From the NCBI RefSeq assembly GCF_009914755.1, contig NC_060930.1: a stretch of 64,000 bases of DNA; one strand, written 5' to 3'. Under the pieces are notes generated by a model. That model saw nothing but the letters and a program-made list of their open reading frames with translations. It made no database searches and was not told where the DNA came from. Positions 13,853-26,117 of the stretch are shown one piece after another. Source of the stretch: the human T2T-CHM13v2.0 reference genome, Homo sapiens. The first letter of the stretch is position 1; each line of letters opens with the position of its first letter. Position numbers and translations under genes: made by a program.

Positions 13853-14290
13853 CTAAGTCCTCAATATTAAGTAATATTCTGTCTATATTCAAATTTCGTG
13901 CATTAGCCTTAAAATAGCTTTTAGTGTTGGTGTGTTCAAAGAAAGATCCAGCTCAGGTTCACCGATACCATTTGGTTGTTGTATCTTAATAGTTTTACAC
14001 TGGGAATCCATACACCCTACCTTGCCGCTTCCCTTCCATTCTATGTATTTCTTGAGCTGACCCAAGTCATTATCCTATGGAAATTTCTATCCTCTATATT
14101 TCTCAGATTGCTTTTTTGTTTAACTTGTTCCTCTGATGGCTGCTGTTCCTGTCAACTGGAAGCTAGATTTGCAATCTCAATGAGGTTCAAGTGAGGCATT
14201 TTTAGAATACTTCATCATGGGTAAGGCACAAGGAGCAGAGGTCTGATTGGTCCACCCTTAGTGATGCTGATATTAATAACAATATGAAGG
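13853..14290 (-). mobile_element. L1MC (L1MC4/5-like) 3' UTR fragment, right part
   Basis: GTCTATATTCAAATTTC, GATCCAGCTCAGGTTCAC...CATTTGGTTGTTGTATCT, TTAGTGATGCTGA motifs. Confidence 0.6.
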
Positions 14291-14412
14291 TGATTGGCAT
14301 TTGCTTGTACTGCATTTTTTGCAGTTTTCATACTTCATAATTAATTTTACTTAATTCTGGACTCGAACTTGAACACATATACTCATCAAATTTTAGAAGT
14401 CACCTCTTACTT

Positions 14413-14936
14413 ACATATGTATACATGTGCTATGTTGGTGTGCTGCACCCAGTAACTCATCATTTAACATTAGGTATATCTCCAAATGCTATCCCTCCCC
14501 CTTCCCCCCACCCCACAACAGACCCCGGTGTGTGATGTTCCCCTTCCTGTGCCCATGTGTTCTCATTGTTCAGTTCCCACCTATGAGTGAGAACATGCGG
14601 TGTTTGGTTTTTTGTCCTTGTGATAGTTTGCTGAGAATGATGGTTTCCAGCTTCATCCATGTCCCTAAAAAGGACATGAACTCATCATTTTTTATGGCTG
14701 CATAGTATTCCATGGTGTATATATGCCACATTTTCTTAATCCAGTCTATCATTGTTGGACATTTGGGTTGGTTCCAAGTCTTTGCTATTGTGAATAGTGC
14801 CGCAATAAACATACGTGTGCATGCGTCTTTATAGCAGCATGATTTATAATCCTAACTAACCTGCACATTGTACACATGTACACTAAAACTTAAAGTATAA
14901 TAATAAAAAAAGAACTCTTAAAGCTAGAAAAAAAAA
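14413..14936 (+). mobile_element. L1PA4-like, 5'-truncated with 5' inversion (antisense 14413-14852, sense 14853-14911) plus 16 bp extra 3' sequence
   Basis: Perfect 18-bp TSD AGAAGTCACCTCTTACTT at 14395-14412 and 14937-14954; ORF2 C-terminal peptide at 14570-14812 on the minus strand; sense 3' end TAACTAACCTGCACATTG...AAAGTATAATAATAAAAAA. Confidence 0.95.
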
Positions 14937-15294
14937 AGAAGTCACCTCTTACTTTAGGACGTTGCTTGGGTTGTGTAGAAAATGGTATATAAGTGTTTAA
15001 CCAATATGAAAAGAAATATGTGGAGAGTGTATTTAATTTATCTTTCAAGTCAAACTGAAATTACTATCATTTTCTAATGAGAAGCTTTTGATGAAAGAAG
15101 AAATAGCCACATCTAGACCACTACTTTTCATTCATTTTTTCCCCCCTTCAGTGGCCATCTATTTTTTTGGCAAACCATATTCCTTGAGCAGCTTCGCATG
15201 TGAGCTCTGCCTTACAAACACTTTAGAGTTCACAAGAACAAATGCAAACTTTAAAGTTTTCTTTTATTCTCTTCATTTTTCTCCAGCACACACG

Positions 15295-15345
<51 letters not shown>
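15295..15345. repeat. (TACATA)8.5 microsatellite
   Basis: Read directly. Confidence 0.95.
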
Positions 15346-15580
15346 GGAGAAAGAGAATTGAAAAAAAAGTAACTGATTTACTGAATTTTATGACACACTT
15401 TTCACCTTATAATGATAATCAGGTTAGGGCTCACTATTAATGTGTACATTGGTGTGTGCATGTGTATATTCATATGCGCATATGTACACACACGTATACC
15501 TATATATATACACATATGTATACCCATACACACACATATACACACGGTCATACACCTGTATACATATTTATGTCTGTCTT

Positions 15581-15626
<46 letters not shown>

Positions 15627-15635
15627 ATCTATCTA
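15581..15635. repeat. (TCTA)11 TCA (TCTA)2 tetranucleotide STR
   Basis: Read directly; preceded by a degenerate TA/CA/TG tract at 15441-15570. Confidence 0.95.
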
Positions 15636-16255
15636 TTTATCTCCAAAAGCTAATTTGAATCTAAGGTATGCTTTGCAATTGATTACATCTTAGAATCAAG
15701 GTAATATGTGAGAAAGCCTGGATTAGCTCGATTAAGATGTTTAAAGAGAAATCTCTTTGTTCTATATTCTGTATACTCACATACTTTTCTACATAGTGGT
15801 CCTGACATGTTAATAACTTTTAAAGGAGTTTTGCTTTCACCGAGAGTAGCACTTTTACAGCTCTTTGGTGGAGGGACATGTGGCCTGGCTTCACTGATCT
15901 GCAAACAACTCCCCCTCTGAGTACTATTATCATCCAGACGGTTTTCTTACTGAGCAGTTATGAAGGTTTATGACCAAGTTATAAACAGGAGAAAGAAGCT
16001 TATGTTAATGAGGTCAACACTGTTTCTGTTATGTCTTTGACTTATTAAACAGTCTCCCAAAGGGAATACCTTTTCCAAATGGGCTAAACAGAGAAAATTT
16101 TACCAGCTGAAGACTTAAACTGCAACTGTGCTTAATTATGTGGAACTGCATCTTCATCTACATGTAACCATACAATGATACCTACTTTAATACAACTATT
16201 ATGTTAATATTTATTTATGTATTTGTACATATAATACTTTATATAACGGTATCTT

Positions 16256-16579
16256 TGTGTTAGTCATCTTGGGCTGCCACAACAAAATACTGCAGACTGG
16301 GTGGCTTAAACAACAAAAATTTTTCTCACTGTTGTAGAGGCTGAAAGCCCAAGATCAAGGCGACTGCTGATTCAGTTTCTACATAGGACTCTTTTTGGCT
16401 GCCTTCCTCACATGCGACAGAGAGACAGATATTGAACAAGCTCTCCGATGTTTCTTCTTATAAGGACACTAATCCTATTGTGAGGGCCCTGCCCTCATGA
16501 CCTCTTCTAACCCTACAAAATGGGGATCAGGGCATCAGCATATGAATTTTGGGGAGACACAAACATTCACCCTATAATA
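16256..16579 (-). mobile_element. MLT1A0-like MaLR solo LTR
   Basis: TGTGTTAGTC...GGGCTGCCACAACAAAATAC...GGTGGCTTAAACAAC...GGAGACACAAACATTCA; 5-bp TSD ATCTT at 16251-16255 and 16580-16584. Confidence 0.88.
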
Positions 16580-17969
16580 ATCTTTATATTGAGAGTGAGT
16601 GAATGAAAGGAAATACTTATCTCTATTTTGTTGGGTTGATTGATTTACAAATCATCCTGTGAAGATTTGGATTGTATGTGTCTTATTCTCCAGCCGCTGG
16701 CTTCTGTATCAGAGAAGGTGCTTCAATTATGGTAAGGATGACACCTGATTAGGTGAGAATGTGCACACCATCAAGTCAGAGTAAGGGCAGGCTTTACAGA
16801 AAAGTTCAAATATTGAGTGTACGGTTGATTGTCAAAATAGATTAGTTGATCTCAGCACAATGAATAAGAGTCCGCTGGTTGCAATTTTGTGGTCAATGCA
16901 TCAATGCTTTATCAATTGGCAATTACAGTCTTAGTCCACGATGTATATAGCCTTTGATAAGGAAGTCACCAGCTTGCTACTGGGTGGAATGGATAACGAG
17001 ACAGCTGCTCATGCATACCAATGAAGGTTTTGTGAATGCAATTTTGGAGAGCCCTTGTAACAATTTAAATCTAAGTGTCTACATTTAGCTTCTGTGTGAT
17101 ATGTGATATGAGACCACTTAATCAGCAAGTTTACCTCTAATTTTCGCTTCACTTGAATTAAAGCTGGCATGATATTGCATACTCTTACAGATATTAGCAA
17201 TTTTAAAGAGCAGAAAGAAAGAAGCTGAAATTAGATGCAGTCCAAGGGAAGAATCACAAGAAAGTCACTGGTGGTTTTGTGTTGTTTTCAAAATTTTACA
17301 AATCTCTGATGAATATTCTGGTAAAAGAAACAATTTGCTTCTTCACGGGAACACATTTTTAATGCCATTTATTTCCTACTTTGGCAGCTTAAGACAATCT
17401 GCCTACATACAAAGGAAGCAAAACAAAACAAAACAAGCTGTTTGGGGAATTGATTCTTCAGCAAATCCCTCTTGAACGAGCCAGTGTCCCCAGTAAGGAG
17501 GAAGAATGCTTTACATCCCCTACTTACCACTCAAATGCCTGACCATTGGGCAGCTGAAAAGTTTCATCAACCTAGATGGCTGAAAAATCATTGTTGTACC
17601 ATTTTGTTCTGGATATGTGGCCAGCCCAGGGGTATGAGCTTTGTTCTTTGTGTGAAGAGAAAGAGAATGCAAGCTTCTCATCTCCCCTGTTAGATTATTG
17701 AAGAAGTGACTGCTTCATGTATTATTGTGACATTGCTGCTTCCTTTCTGTACATCTGGCAGGACTGAATTCATCTGCAGCCCCAATAATGTTGATATCCA
17801 CATGCCAATAAAGCAAATTGAGACTTACCCGAAGCAAAGATAGCTGCTTCAGGAGGATGACAAATAGTAAAAGGGATAGTTACAGTTACATAATAACAAC
17901 AACAAAAAACCCAGAAAATAGCCTACAATTAGGGAAGGCTACCTCTGCAGGAGTTTATGGTAATAAGTG

Positions 17970-18260
17970 ATCAAACAAATATTTATTTTGTGCTGTGAAG
18001 TATTATAAGATTTAAGACCTAAAGATGTTAAGGTATTTTGTCTGTACCTTCAAGGGACCGGCAGAAAGGGAGATCAACATTAAGACAAATGAAAGTATTA
18101 TGCAAGATGTAATACAAGTTTGTACCATTCACAGGAGAAACTCTTAGGAGAGAGCCAGGCCCCTTCCTGAGGAGGTCAGGAAAGGCTTCAAAAGAGAGGC
18201 AAGACATAAAATGTTGAAGGGGAGAAAACTTACAATAAATATCACTAGATAGTATATGAT
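17970..18260 (-). mobile_element. L2 fragment
   Basis: AACAAATATTTATT tail and GGTCAGGAAAGGCTTC motif. Confidence 0.55.
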
Positions 18261-19334
18261 AAGTTAACATGAAGACAGCAAAGATCCTATTTAATAACAG
18301 CTTAGAGAAGGAAAATTACTTCCACTGGAGAAAGATAACATATAGAGGAACATATAGAGGAAGAAACTGAAGTGAGTCTTGAGTTTCTTGTGTAGTTTGA
18401 AGGTGAAAGAAATCTTAAAGCTAAACTATGCTTACATTGCCTTAGTCCCTTCTTGTGTACAATCTTTGGGGGTCCAGATCTAGTGATTCTAAGATATTTT
18501 GGGGTAACAGAAAGTTGTTCCCTTTTGGATGTGTATGGAAATATGAAACATAAGGCTAAGTCATCCCAAGCTGGCTTTGAAATAACCATGTGCTTTCTTT
18601 TTTAACATAGTGCCTTTTGTTTTTGTTTTTAAACATGTACAGAAATGCATATAGAACTAGCTTGTCCTTCATTGCAAAAATAGCTCCCAGTGAAACAGCA
18701 AGAGGTAAAAGTTATATAGCAGGCAACAACATTATAATACTTGAGAAGGAGAAAGGTGAAGTTCATTTCCTTTAAACATAAATTCAGGAGGGAAAAATAT
18801 CTCAGTTTTCATTTTGAATTTGACTCTGTGCCTCTTAGAATATTCTGAAGAATTTTTTAAGTAAATGAATCATTTAGTACATCTTTTAGTCCTCGAATTC
18901 CTGAGTGGGTCACTTTCCCTCTGTGTGTTAAGTGAGATATCCTTACAACTGTGTAAAGAGTGGATTCTTGGTTGGGCAGACTATGTGATCATTAATGATC
19001 ACTGAGGATCAGTTCTCAGTTTGACATGAGATGGGAGTAGGTTTGTCAGCTTTCTTCAAAGATGTGTCTTTCCAATTGAGGAAATTTCGCATGCTTAGGC
19101 AACCAGCCACCCACACATGCTAGCGCCAGATAGTAATTTCTGAATATGAGTGTGTGCAACTCCTGGATGTGTGTGGCTTTCTGTGGAAAACAAACACCCT
19201 GTAAACGGTTGGATGGATTAAATAGAGACTTAAATCGGTATACGACATTGGTTACATTTTCGTTAACTCTTCCCTTTCAATTTTGAAATAATTCTTTCTC
19301 ATACAACAGTGCATGAAACCATTGTGAGAAGGTT

Positions 19335-19530
19335 TTATGGTGTGGTAAAAAGACCCTAGGACTGTAGAAGTAGTTGGATGAAGCCCTCATTTCTTAGTTG
19401 TGCCTTGAATTACCTTCTGAGACCACACCTTCATTTCAGGAGGCTTTGTCTTCTTTCTTTATAAATACATGGGAGTGAGCTAAATTAATGATATAAACAA
19501 ATCCTCCATATTCACTATTCTATGATTCTA
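19335..19530 (+). mobile_element. MIR/MIR3 SINE
   Basis: GGTGTGGTAAAAAGACCCTAGGACT start and ATTCTATGATTCTA end. Confidence 0.55.
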
Positions 19531-20820
19531 GGGATTCTGTAAATAAATTGGAGTGACCTTAGTTTCAGAAATGTGACTTTTAGAAATACCTCTGAAATTC
19601 CATCTTTAGGAATACTTACATCTTTGGGTTCCTACAGTGCCTAATTCAACTTGACTACCAGGACACAGCTCCCTATCACTTCGTCATGAGACTGATAGAG
19701 GGTTTGGCAATATTGTTTGGATTTTGAAGTTGAGTCACTTAGAACACAGATAGGAAGAGATGATTTACATAAGGTCATATTTGTCATGTGCGTAACAAAA
19801 CCTGTTTCAAGATAAAGCCACCTTTCTCTGCAGCTCTTAGCTGCGTCAGAGAAGCTTTACTTCTGCCACTATTTCTATTATCTGAGTTTATCCTATGATG
19901 ACAGAAAAATTAATAGGTGATGATGCCCGTTTGGTAATTTCGGGTAGCTCTGTTGGGTAATGGTAGGGAGGCTGTCAGGTTGAACCAAGACTTTTTATTT
20001 GGAATCTTGTGGGAAACCAATTTGCAAGATTCGTCCCATTAGTACTTTGCTTAATTTTCTATGTATTTAGCCAGTGATATCAACAATTATTTTCATCCTA
20101 AAGCATTAATTACTTGCCATTATATGCAAGGGATTGTTTTAAGCTCTATGGAAAACACAAGAATGGCCCTTTTCTTCAAAAAGAAAAAAGAAAATCTAGT
20201 GAGATGATTCAGTATATGGTATGTATTTATTAATTATTATTGAAAAACAATACTATGTTTTGCTATTTATTCTATTGATATGGTAAAATAATACCTAAGA
20301 GACATGGAACAAAATTATAAAGATGTTTGGGTTTTTTATTTATAAGTGATGTTAAATCGTGTGATAGGCAATGACTAGTTATGTTCAGAAACCCAATCTA
20401 CTTCAGGCCTAAAGGATAAACTTCCAAGTGACCCATGAAAAATTCTTGCATATTAGAGCTACTTTTTTCGTTTGATAGAAAGTGAATAATTTAATTTTTT
20501 CCAACTTGAAATATATAGGAAAATTATCGTACACTAATTTACTTATTAAGAAACTATAATTATTTGGCTTGCATCATGCTCTGTCATTTAAAATGCTTTC
20601 ACTCTATAGCTTCTTAGTTTTTCTAGTCCAATTTCAAGTCATAGTGTGTGGATATTGATACTTTTGATATTGATATTTCAATTAAAGCTTAAGATGTGGA
20701 AAATGATAAGTCAGAAGTATAATCCTCTTTTACTTATAAATGTAGAATATATTTGAACCTCTTTCCAGAGTTTAAAGATGATGACAGGAGAGTAAAATTC
20801 CTTGTCTTCTAAGAGTAAAG

Positions 20821-20911
20821 CCTGCAGGACCATGGGCCAAATAAACCTGTTTTCTTTATAAATTACCCAGCTTCAAGTATTCCTTTATTGCAATACAAAT
20901 GGACTAAGGCA
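20821..20911 (+). mobile_element. MST-family (MSTB/C-like) LTR 3' fragment
   Basis: GCCAAATAAACCTGTTTTCTTTATAAATTACCCAG...TATTCCTTTATTGCAATACAAATGGACTAAGGCA. Confidence 0.8.
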
Positions 20912-21829
20912 TCTGTTTGGGGAAAGATGAAATTGAAAAAAAAAGAGTCTACACATTGGAACACATTTCAGAATACTGGATGAAACTGATAGCTATGTCT
21001 ATGTCAGGTCTTCTCATAGTCATTCATCTGCTAATGCTCATTATGAATATCCTGGTAGGGGATACTGTGGGCATGGTCTTCTAAGCTTATTTGACCAGGA
21101 ACCACCTTTCTCTTAGACATCTATTAAATATGGAAGAAGTAAAATTTTGAGGAGAAGAGAGCGGACAATGCTGCCTTAGCAGCCATAGAATTTACTCCTT
21201 AGGTGAGGAGGCTTGCATGAGAAGAAAGATCTGTAAGGCTCTAATGGTGTCAGCAGACGGGTGCTTCTTCCCTTCCTGCTGTAAAGCCTCTGCAGCACTC
21301 AGCTCCAGCCTCTTGCAGCTACCTCAACACTCTCTCCTGCCTCCCTCATCTCCTTTGTTCCAGAAAGAACTTTCTTTGTCTCCATGAATTTTCTCCAAAC
21401 TCGCTCGCTTTCTGTCTTGTGGCTCACCTCAACACTATCTGAAGATGGAGTCTTCATGCATGTGGGCATCTCTAGTGTCACTTTCCTAGGATAGTCTTTC
21501 TTCCATTCACCTCTCATTTTTAATCTTGTCCTTGGGAATCTTCTTGCCAGAGATATTTTTAGGGACTTTTAAAAATAGCATTTAAAACCCTTATCTGAAT
21601 TCATTAAAACAGTTGTTATATTCTGTAGGATTTGTGTGTGTGTGTCTATGTTTGCAATAGCACCTTTTTTGAACATTTCTCTCCTTTCTTTTTATGCCAG
21701 TTTATGAAGTACAGAGAAGCAAATATTAGGCCATGCTTACTGTATTATGGATGTTCATGAATGTGCAGCAAGCTAAGAACAGGAATGGAATTCTGTTCTT
21801 TTTTTTCCTCAAAATATAAGTATGAAAAT

Positions 21830-22010
21830 GCAGTGTCTAGTTTGTCTCTAGGATTCTGCCCCTAACTAGGTCTGTAACTTTGCGGAATGTAACCACTCTG
21901 TGCTTAGCATCTTCATGTGAAAAGTAAGGGTAATTGGAAAGATTAGATGAGAAATCACATACAAAACATAGAGGAAGGTGCCTGGCATTCCACAGTTGGT
22001 GTTTGTACTT
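21830..22010 (+). mobile_element. MIR SINE
   Basis: Core CTGTAACTTTG...AACCACTCTGTGCTTAGCATCTTCATGTGAAAA and GTGCCTGGCA. Confidence 0.65.
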
Positions 22011-22039
22011 CTCTCATTGTTTTTGCCTGCCTTGTTCAC

Positions 22040-22415
22040 TGTTATGGTTTGGCTGTGTCCCCACCCAAATCTCATCTTGAATTGAGGTTCCCATAATCCC
22101 CACATGTCATGAGAGGGACCTGGTGGGAAGTGATTGAATCATGAGGGCAGTTACCCTCATGCTGTTCTTGTGATGGTGAGTGAGTTCTCATGAGATCTGA
22201 TGGTTTTATAAGGGGCTTTTCCCTCTCTTCACTCAGCACTTCTCCTTTCTGCCACAATGTTAAGAAGGACATGTTTGCTTTCCCTTCCACGATGATTGTA
22301 AGTTTCCTGAGGCCTCCCAGCCATGCTGAACTGTGAGTCAATTAAACCTGTTTGCTTTATAAATTACCCAGGATCAGGTATGTCTTTATTAGCAGCATGA
22401 GAATCCACTGATACA
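22040..22415 (+). mobile_element. THE1D-like MaLR solo LTR
   Basis: TGTTATGGTTTGGCTGTGTCCCCACCCAAATCTCATCTTGAATTG ... GTGAGTCAATTAAACC ... GATACA; TSD TTCAC/TTGAC. Confidence 0.92.
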
Positions 22416-23025
22416 TTGACCTTGCAATTGATTGGGTTCAGATGACGCCCCGAGTGCTCCCCTGGGAGAATTCAGTTGGTTTCAAAGTCAGATCAGTGCA
22501 GTTGGGCTATAGGAAGAAACCCAATTTCTGGTTGTCTGTTCTAAGACTTCTTTGTGGGTAAAGGCTTCTGTGTGACATGGTTAGTCCAGAGCATGACTCC
22601 CAATGACAGAGTATTGCAACATGAATCAGCAGAGACATCTCTGAGGGGGACAGCAGTGTTGGAACTATATTTGAAGGTCATAATAACTGGTAGGTACTGG
22701 GATACTGACGACAGACTAAGGATTCAGGCATAGGCCCATATGTTTCACTGCCTGGTGCAAAGCTGTTGCATAGTAAAATGTTCTTTCACTGCAAAAATGG
22801 AAAGCAGCCATTTGAACATAAAGGTGCAGATCAGACAAATCCAAGACCAGCCAGAGGGCCCAGGCTACTTCCTCTCAGTGTTCATAAAGGAATATAACTT
22901 TTCATTTCTTTTCATCCACTTAGAAAGTAAGATATCTCAGAGTTTCTGAGATTTAATGGAATAATCCACCAAATTAACACAGGTAAACAATATATACAAG
23001 TTTGTTCTCCAATAGGTTTAGTTTG

Positions 23026-23100
<75 letters not shown>
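23026..23100. repeat. Compound (CT)n(TG)n microsatellite
   Basis: Read directly; followed by a CT-rich low-complexity tract to about 23220. Confidence 0.95.
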
Positions 23101-23102
<2 letters not shown>

Positions 23103-24388
23103 TGTTCCTTTGTGTCTGTCTTTCTGCCTGTTGGGCTACCCTCTCTTTGTGCCTCTGTTTCTACCTTTCTTTATCTCATCTCTCTCTCTCTCTTACTCGC
23201 TCCTCTTTCTCCCTCTCTTAGCACATAGAAATGCTGCTTAAAAATCTTTTCTCCAACACCATTTGAAAGAAAATATTCTTTTTTAAATATTCTTTTACCT
23301 GTAATTGTTACACACTAAACATCACAAGGCAAGTGATACTTTTCTTTGCCTGAGAGGAAATATCTAATATTTTGGAAACAACCAACTTTTTGAAAATAAT
23401 AATTTTCACTTCTGTGGTATTCCTGTACAATTTACAGAGAACATCTACATACCTAATCTCATTTAATCCTTGCTGATATTGTTATCATCTCCACATTGTA
23501 AATGTGAAAAATTTAGGGATTTTCAGACAGCTGAATGGAGCAATTTATGTGAAATACCTTAATAAGAGTCTGGAATGTGGCAGGTGGCCCGAATTTCCTT
23601 TGTCTTTCTTTCTTAGATAACACTTCCAGTCTCAATTAACAATTTTCTTACAGCAAAGGACAAACTCTTTCCACATTAAACCATAGCCTGTAAGATAAAG
23701 CAGTTAGATGAACTACATACTTCTGGAATAGAAGAAAGAGGAGGTCAGCTGTGTGATTTTTTTTTCTACTTCCTTGTATCTGCTGTCTGAAAGCATTTCT
23801 CTGTAGATGTAAAGGGCTAAAGCCCATGAGTGACAATTTGGTAAGAGAAAGAAAATGTATATGCTTTTGATTTTTTTGTAAACTTGAAATTTCAGTACAC
23901 GCATCTGTAGAAAGAGACAGTTTTCTATTTTATTTGCTTTCCCCCATCTATTCATTTATCTTAGGTGGACTGCCATGCAGAAAACACAATAAAATACCCT
24001 GCCCTGCAGAGCCCTGAATTTGAGGCACACTTGGGGATATGAGAGCCATACACACAAATACAATATAAGCGGTGGCACAGAACAGTGAGCGCCAAGTGGT
24101 CATTTTTGTTGGAATGCTTCACAGAACAGATGGGCTTTTATGAGTTTTCTGAAGTTTGTTATTATAAATCTAAACTGTTGTTCTGAGGATTCTTTTCTTC
24201 TATATACATTTTAATATCTCTCCTTGTATTTGGTGCATATGAAATGCAAAGAAAGTTGCTCCTTGGAACTGGGCATCTCAAGGCAGAATAAAGTTCCCTT
24301 GCTAGTCTCTCCAGTAATCCTCACTCCATATATTCAAGCTGTTTGGTTGGGGGAAAAGACTTGGTAGTAGATCTGTGACCACACCTTA

Positions 24389-24760
24389 GGTATTAGTTAG
24401 CAGATCTCACAGTACACCCAAAGTTTATCTTTTGTTCATGCATTCTAATCCAAGTTATAGAGGTGCAGGATAGGGGTTGGGGATGGCACTCTCCTCCACA
24501 TGGTCACTCAGGGATCCAGGCTGACAGAATTTTCAACATTGCCAGATGAGGCTTCAGGGTTTGCTAGAGCAAGAAAAGGAAGGACCTGGAGAATAATGAA
24601 CAGAATATCCATTGCCATAGCTCATGCATCATTTCTTCCCAAATTTCACTGACCAGAAGTAGTCACCTGACCTTGTCTGTGAGCAAAGGGTTTGGAAAGT
24701 ATAGTTTTCTTTAAGTTAAAAAGGAGGAATAGAAAATAGAATTTGATGAACGCTGATCTT
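24389..24760 (-). mobile_element. LTR33-like ancient ERVL LTR
   Basis: CTCCTCCACATGGTCACTCAGGGATCCAGGCTGA and TTTCACTGACCAGAAGTAGTCACCTGACC motifs. Confidence 0.55.
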
Positions 24761-25259
24761 TTTCTCAGCCTTATTTGATGTTTGGAGAAATAGAAAGTTC
24801 AGCATTATTGGGGATTTTGCCATAGGCACACACTTTGCAGCCTTCTCCTTTATTCACAACAGAAATACATGTAAAGAGGACAATCATATAATTAAAAACA
24901 TCTATATTTGCCTTAAATTAAAATGACACTTATAAAATAACTAAAATTTCTACATGACAGTCACATTTTGATGGTTATTTTCTTACATTCTCTAAGTACA
25001 CATTAATGATTGAGCCAGGAAAGACTCTAAAATTTTCTAGGTGACCAGGACAGGCCAAGCTGGCATAAACTAGATGTGTCTTTAATATTAGGCTCTTGAC
25101 ATTTAAAAATTTAATGAGATGGGATTTGAAATCAGAATTTTTGCTATTTTCTTTGCTGCTTCGGGCTGAGAAAGGCACTTCTTAATAGTTTTTTTAATGC
25201 ATATTTTCACCTACTTTTAAAAATAGAAAAAAATTAAAGGCAAAGTCCAAAAACCTGAA

Positions 25260-25450
25260 GGTGAAAGGAATTCACTTGTCTCATGCACTTCTGGTAGCAT
25301 TATAAATTAGTAACTCCTTTGGGAAAATAACTCAGTAAAACATATCAAAAGCTTTGCAAGTGCAGTATTGCCACCAATATGTCAAGAGTCATAAAACTGC
25401 TCATAACCTCACTAATCCCACCTCTGGGAACCTAACTCCAAGAAACACAG
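25260..25450 (+). mobile_element. L1ME 3' fragment
   Basis: CACTTCTGGTAGCATTATAAATTAGTAAC...AATCCCACCTCTGGGAACCTAACTCCAAGAAAC. Confidence 0.5.
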
Positions 25451-25677
25451 TAATCCCTTATCAACCATCTCAGGTAACATTCATGAAAGGCAGTGTGGTT
25501 GGCCACTACTCCAAAAAACTACTTAGGTTAGGTTGTGACTTGATTAAAATTAATGGATTAGGGATATAGAAAATATGGCATTATATAGATTTTTTCAAAA
25601 TTGAGTAAATAAACATTCTAGAAAGCATCTATTAGCCAAAATGAACTAGCCTATTTGGCATAGACACTGTTTCTTCC

Positions 25678-25726
25678 TTTTTTTTTTTTTTTTATTTGTT
25701 TTTTTTTTTTTTTTTTTTTTTTTTTT
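25678..25726. repeat. 49-nt poly(T) tract (T16 A T3 G T28)
   Basis: Read directly. Confidence 0.95.
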
Positions 25727-25750
25727 GCAAGCTGACTATTGACTTTGTAA

Positions 25751-26117
<367 letters not shown>

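Noticed and set aside
19670-19701. tetO-like half sites TCCCTATCA ... TGATAGAG
   Set aside because: The halves are 14 nt apart instead of 1 and there is no other vector sequence nearby; coincidence.
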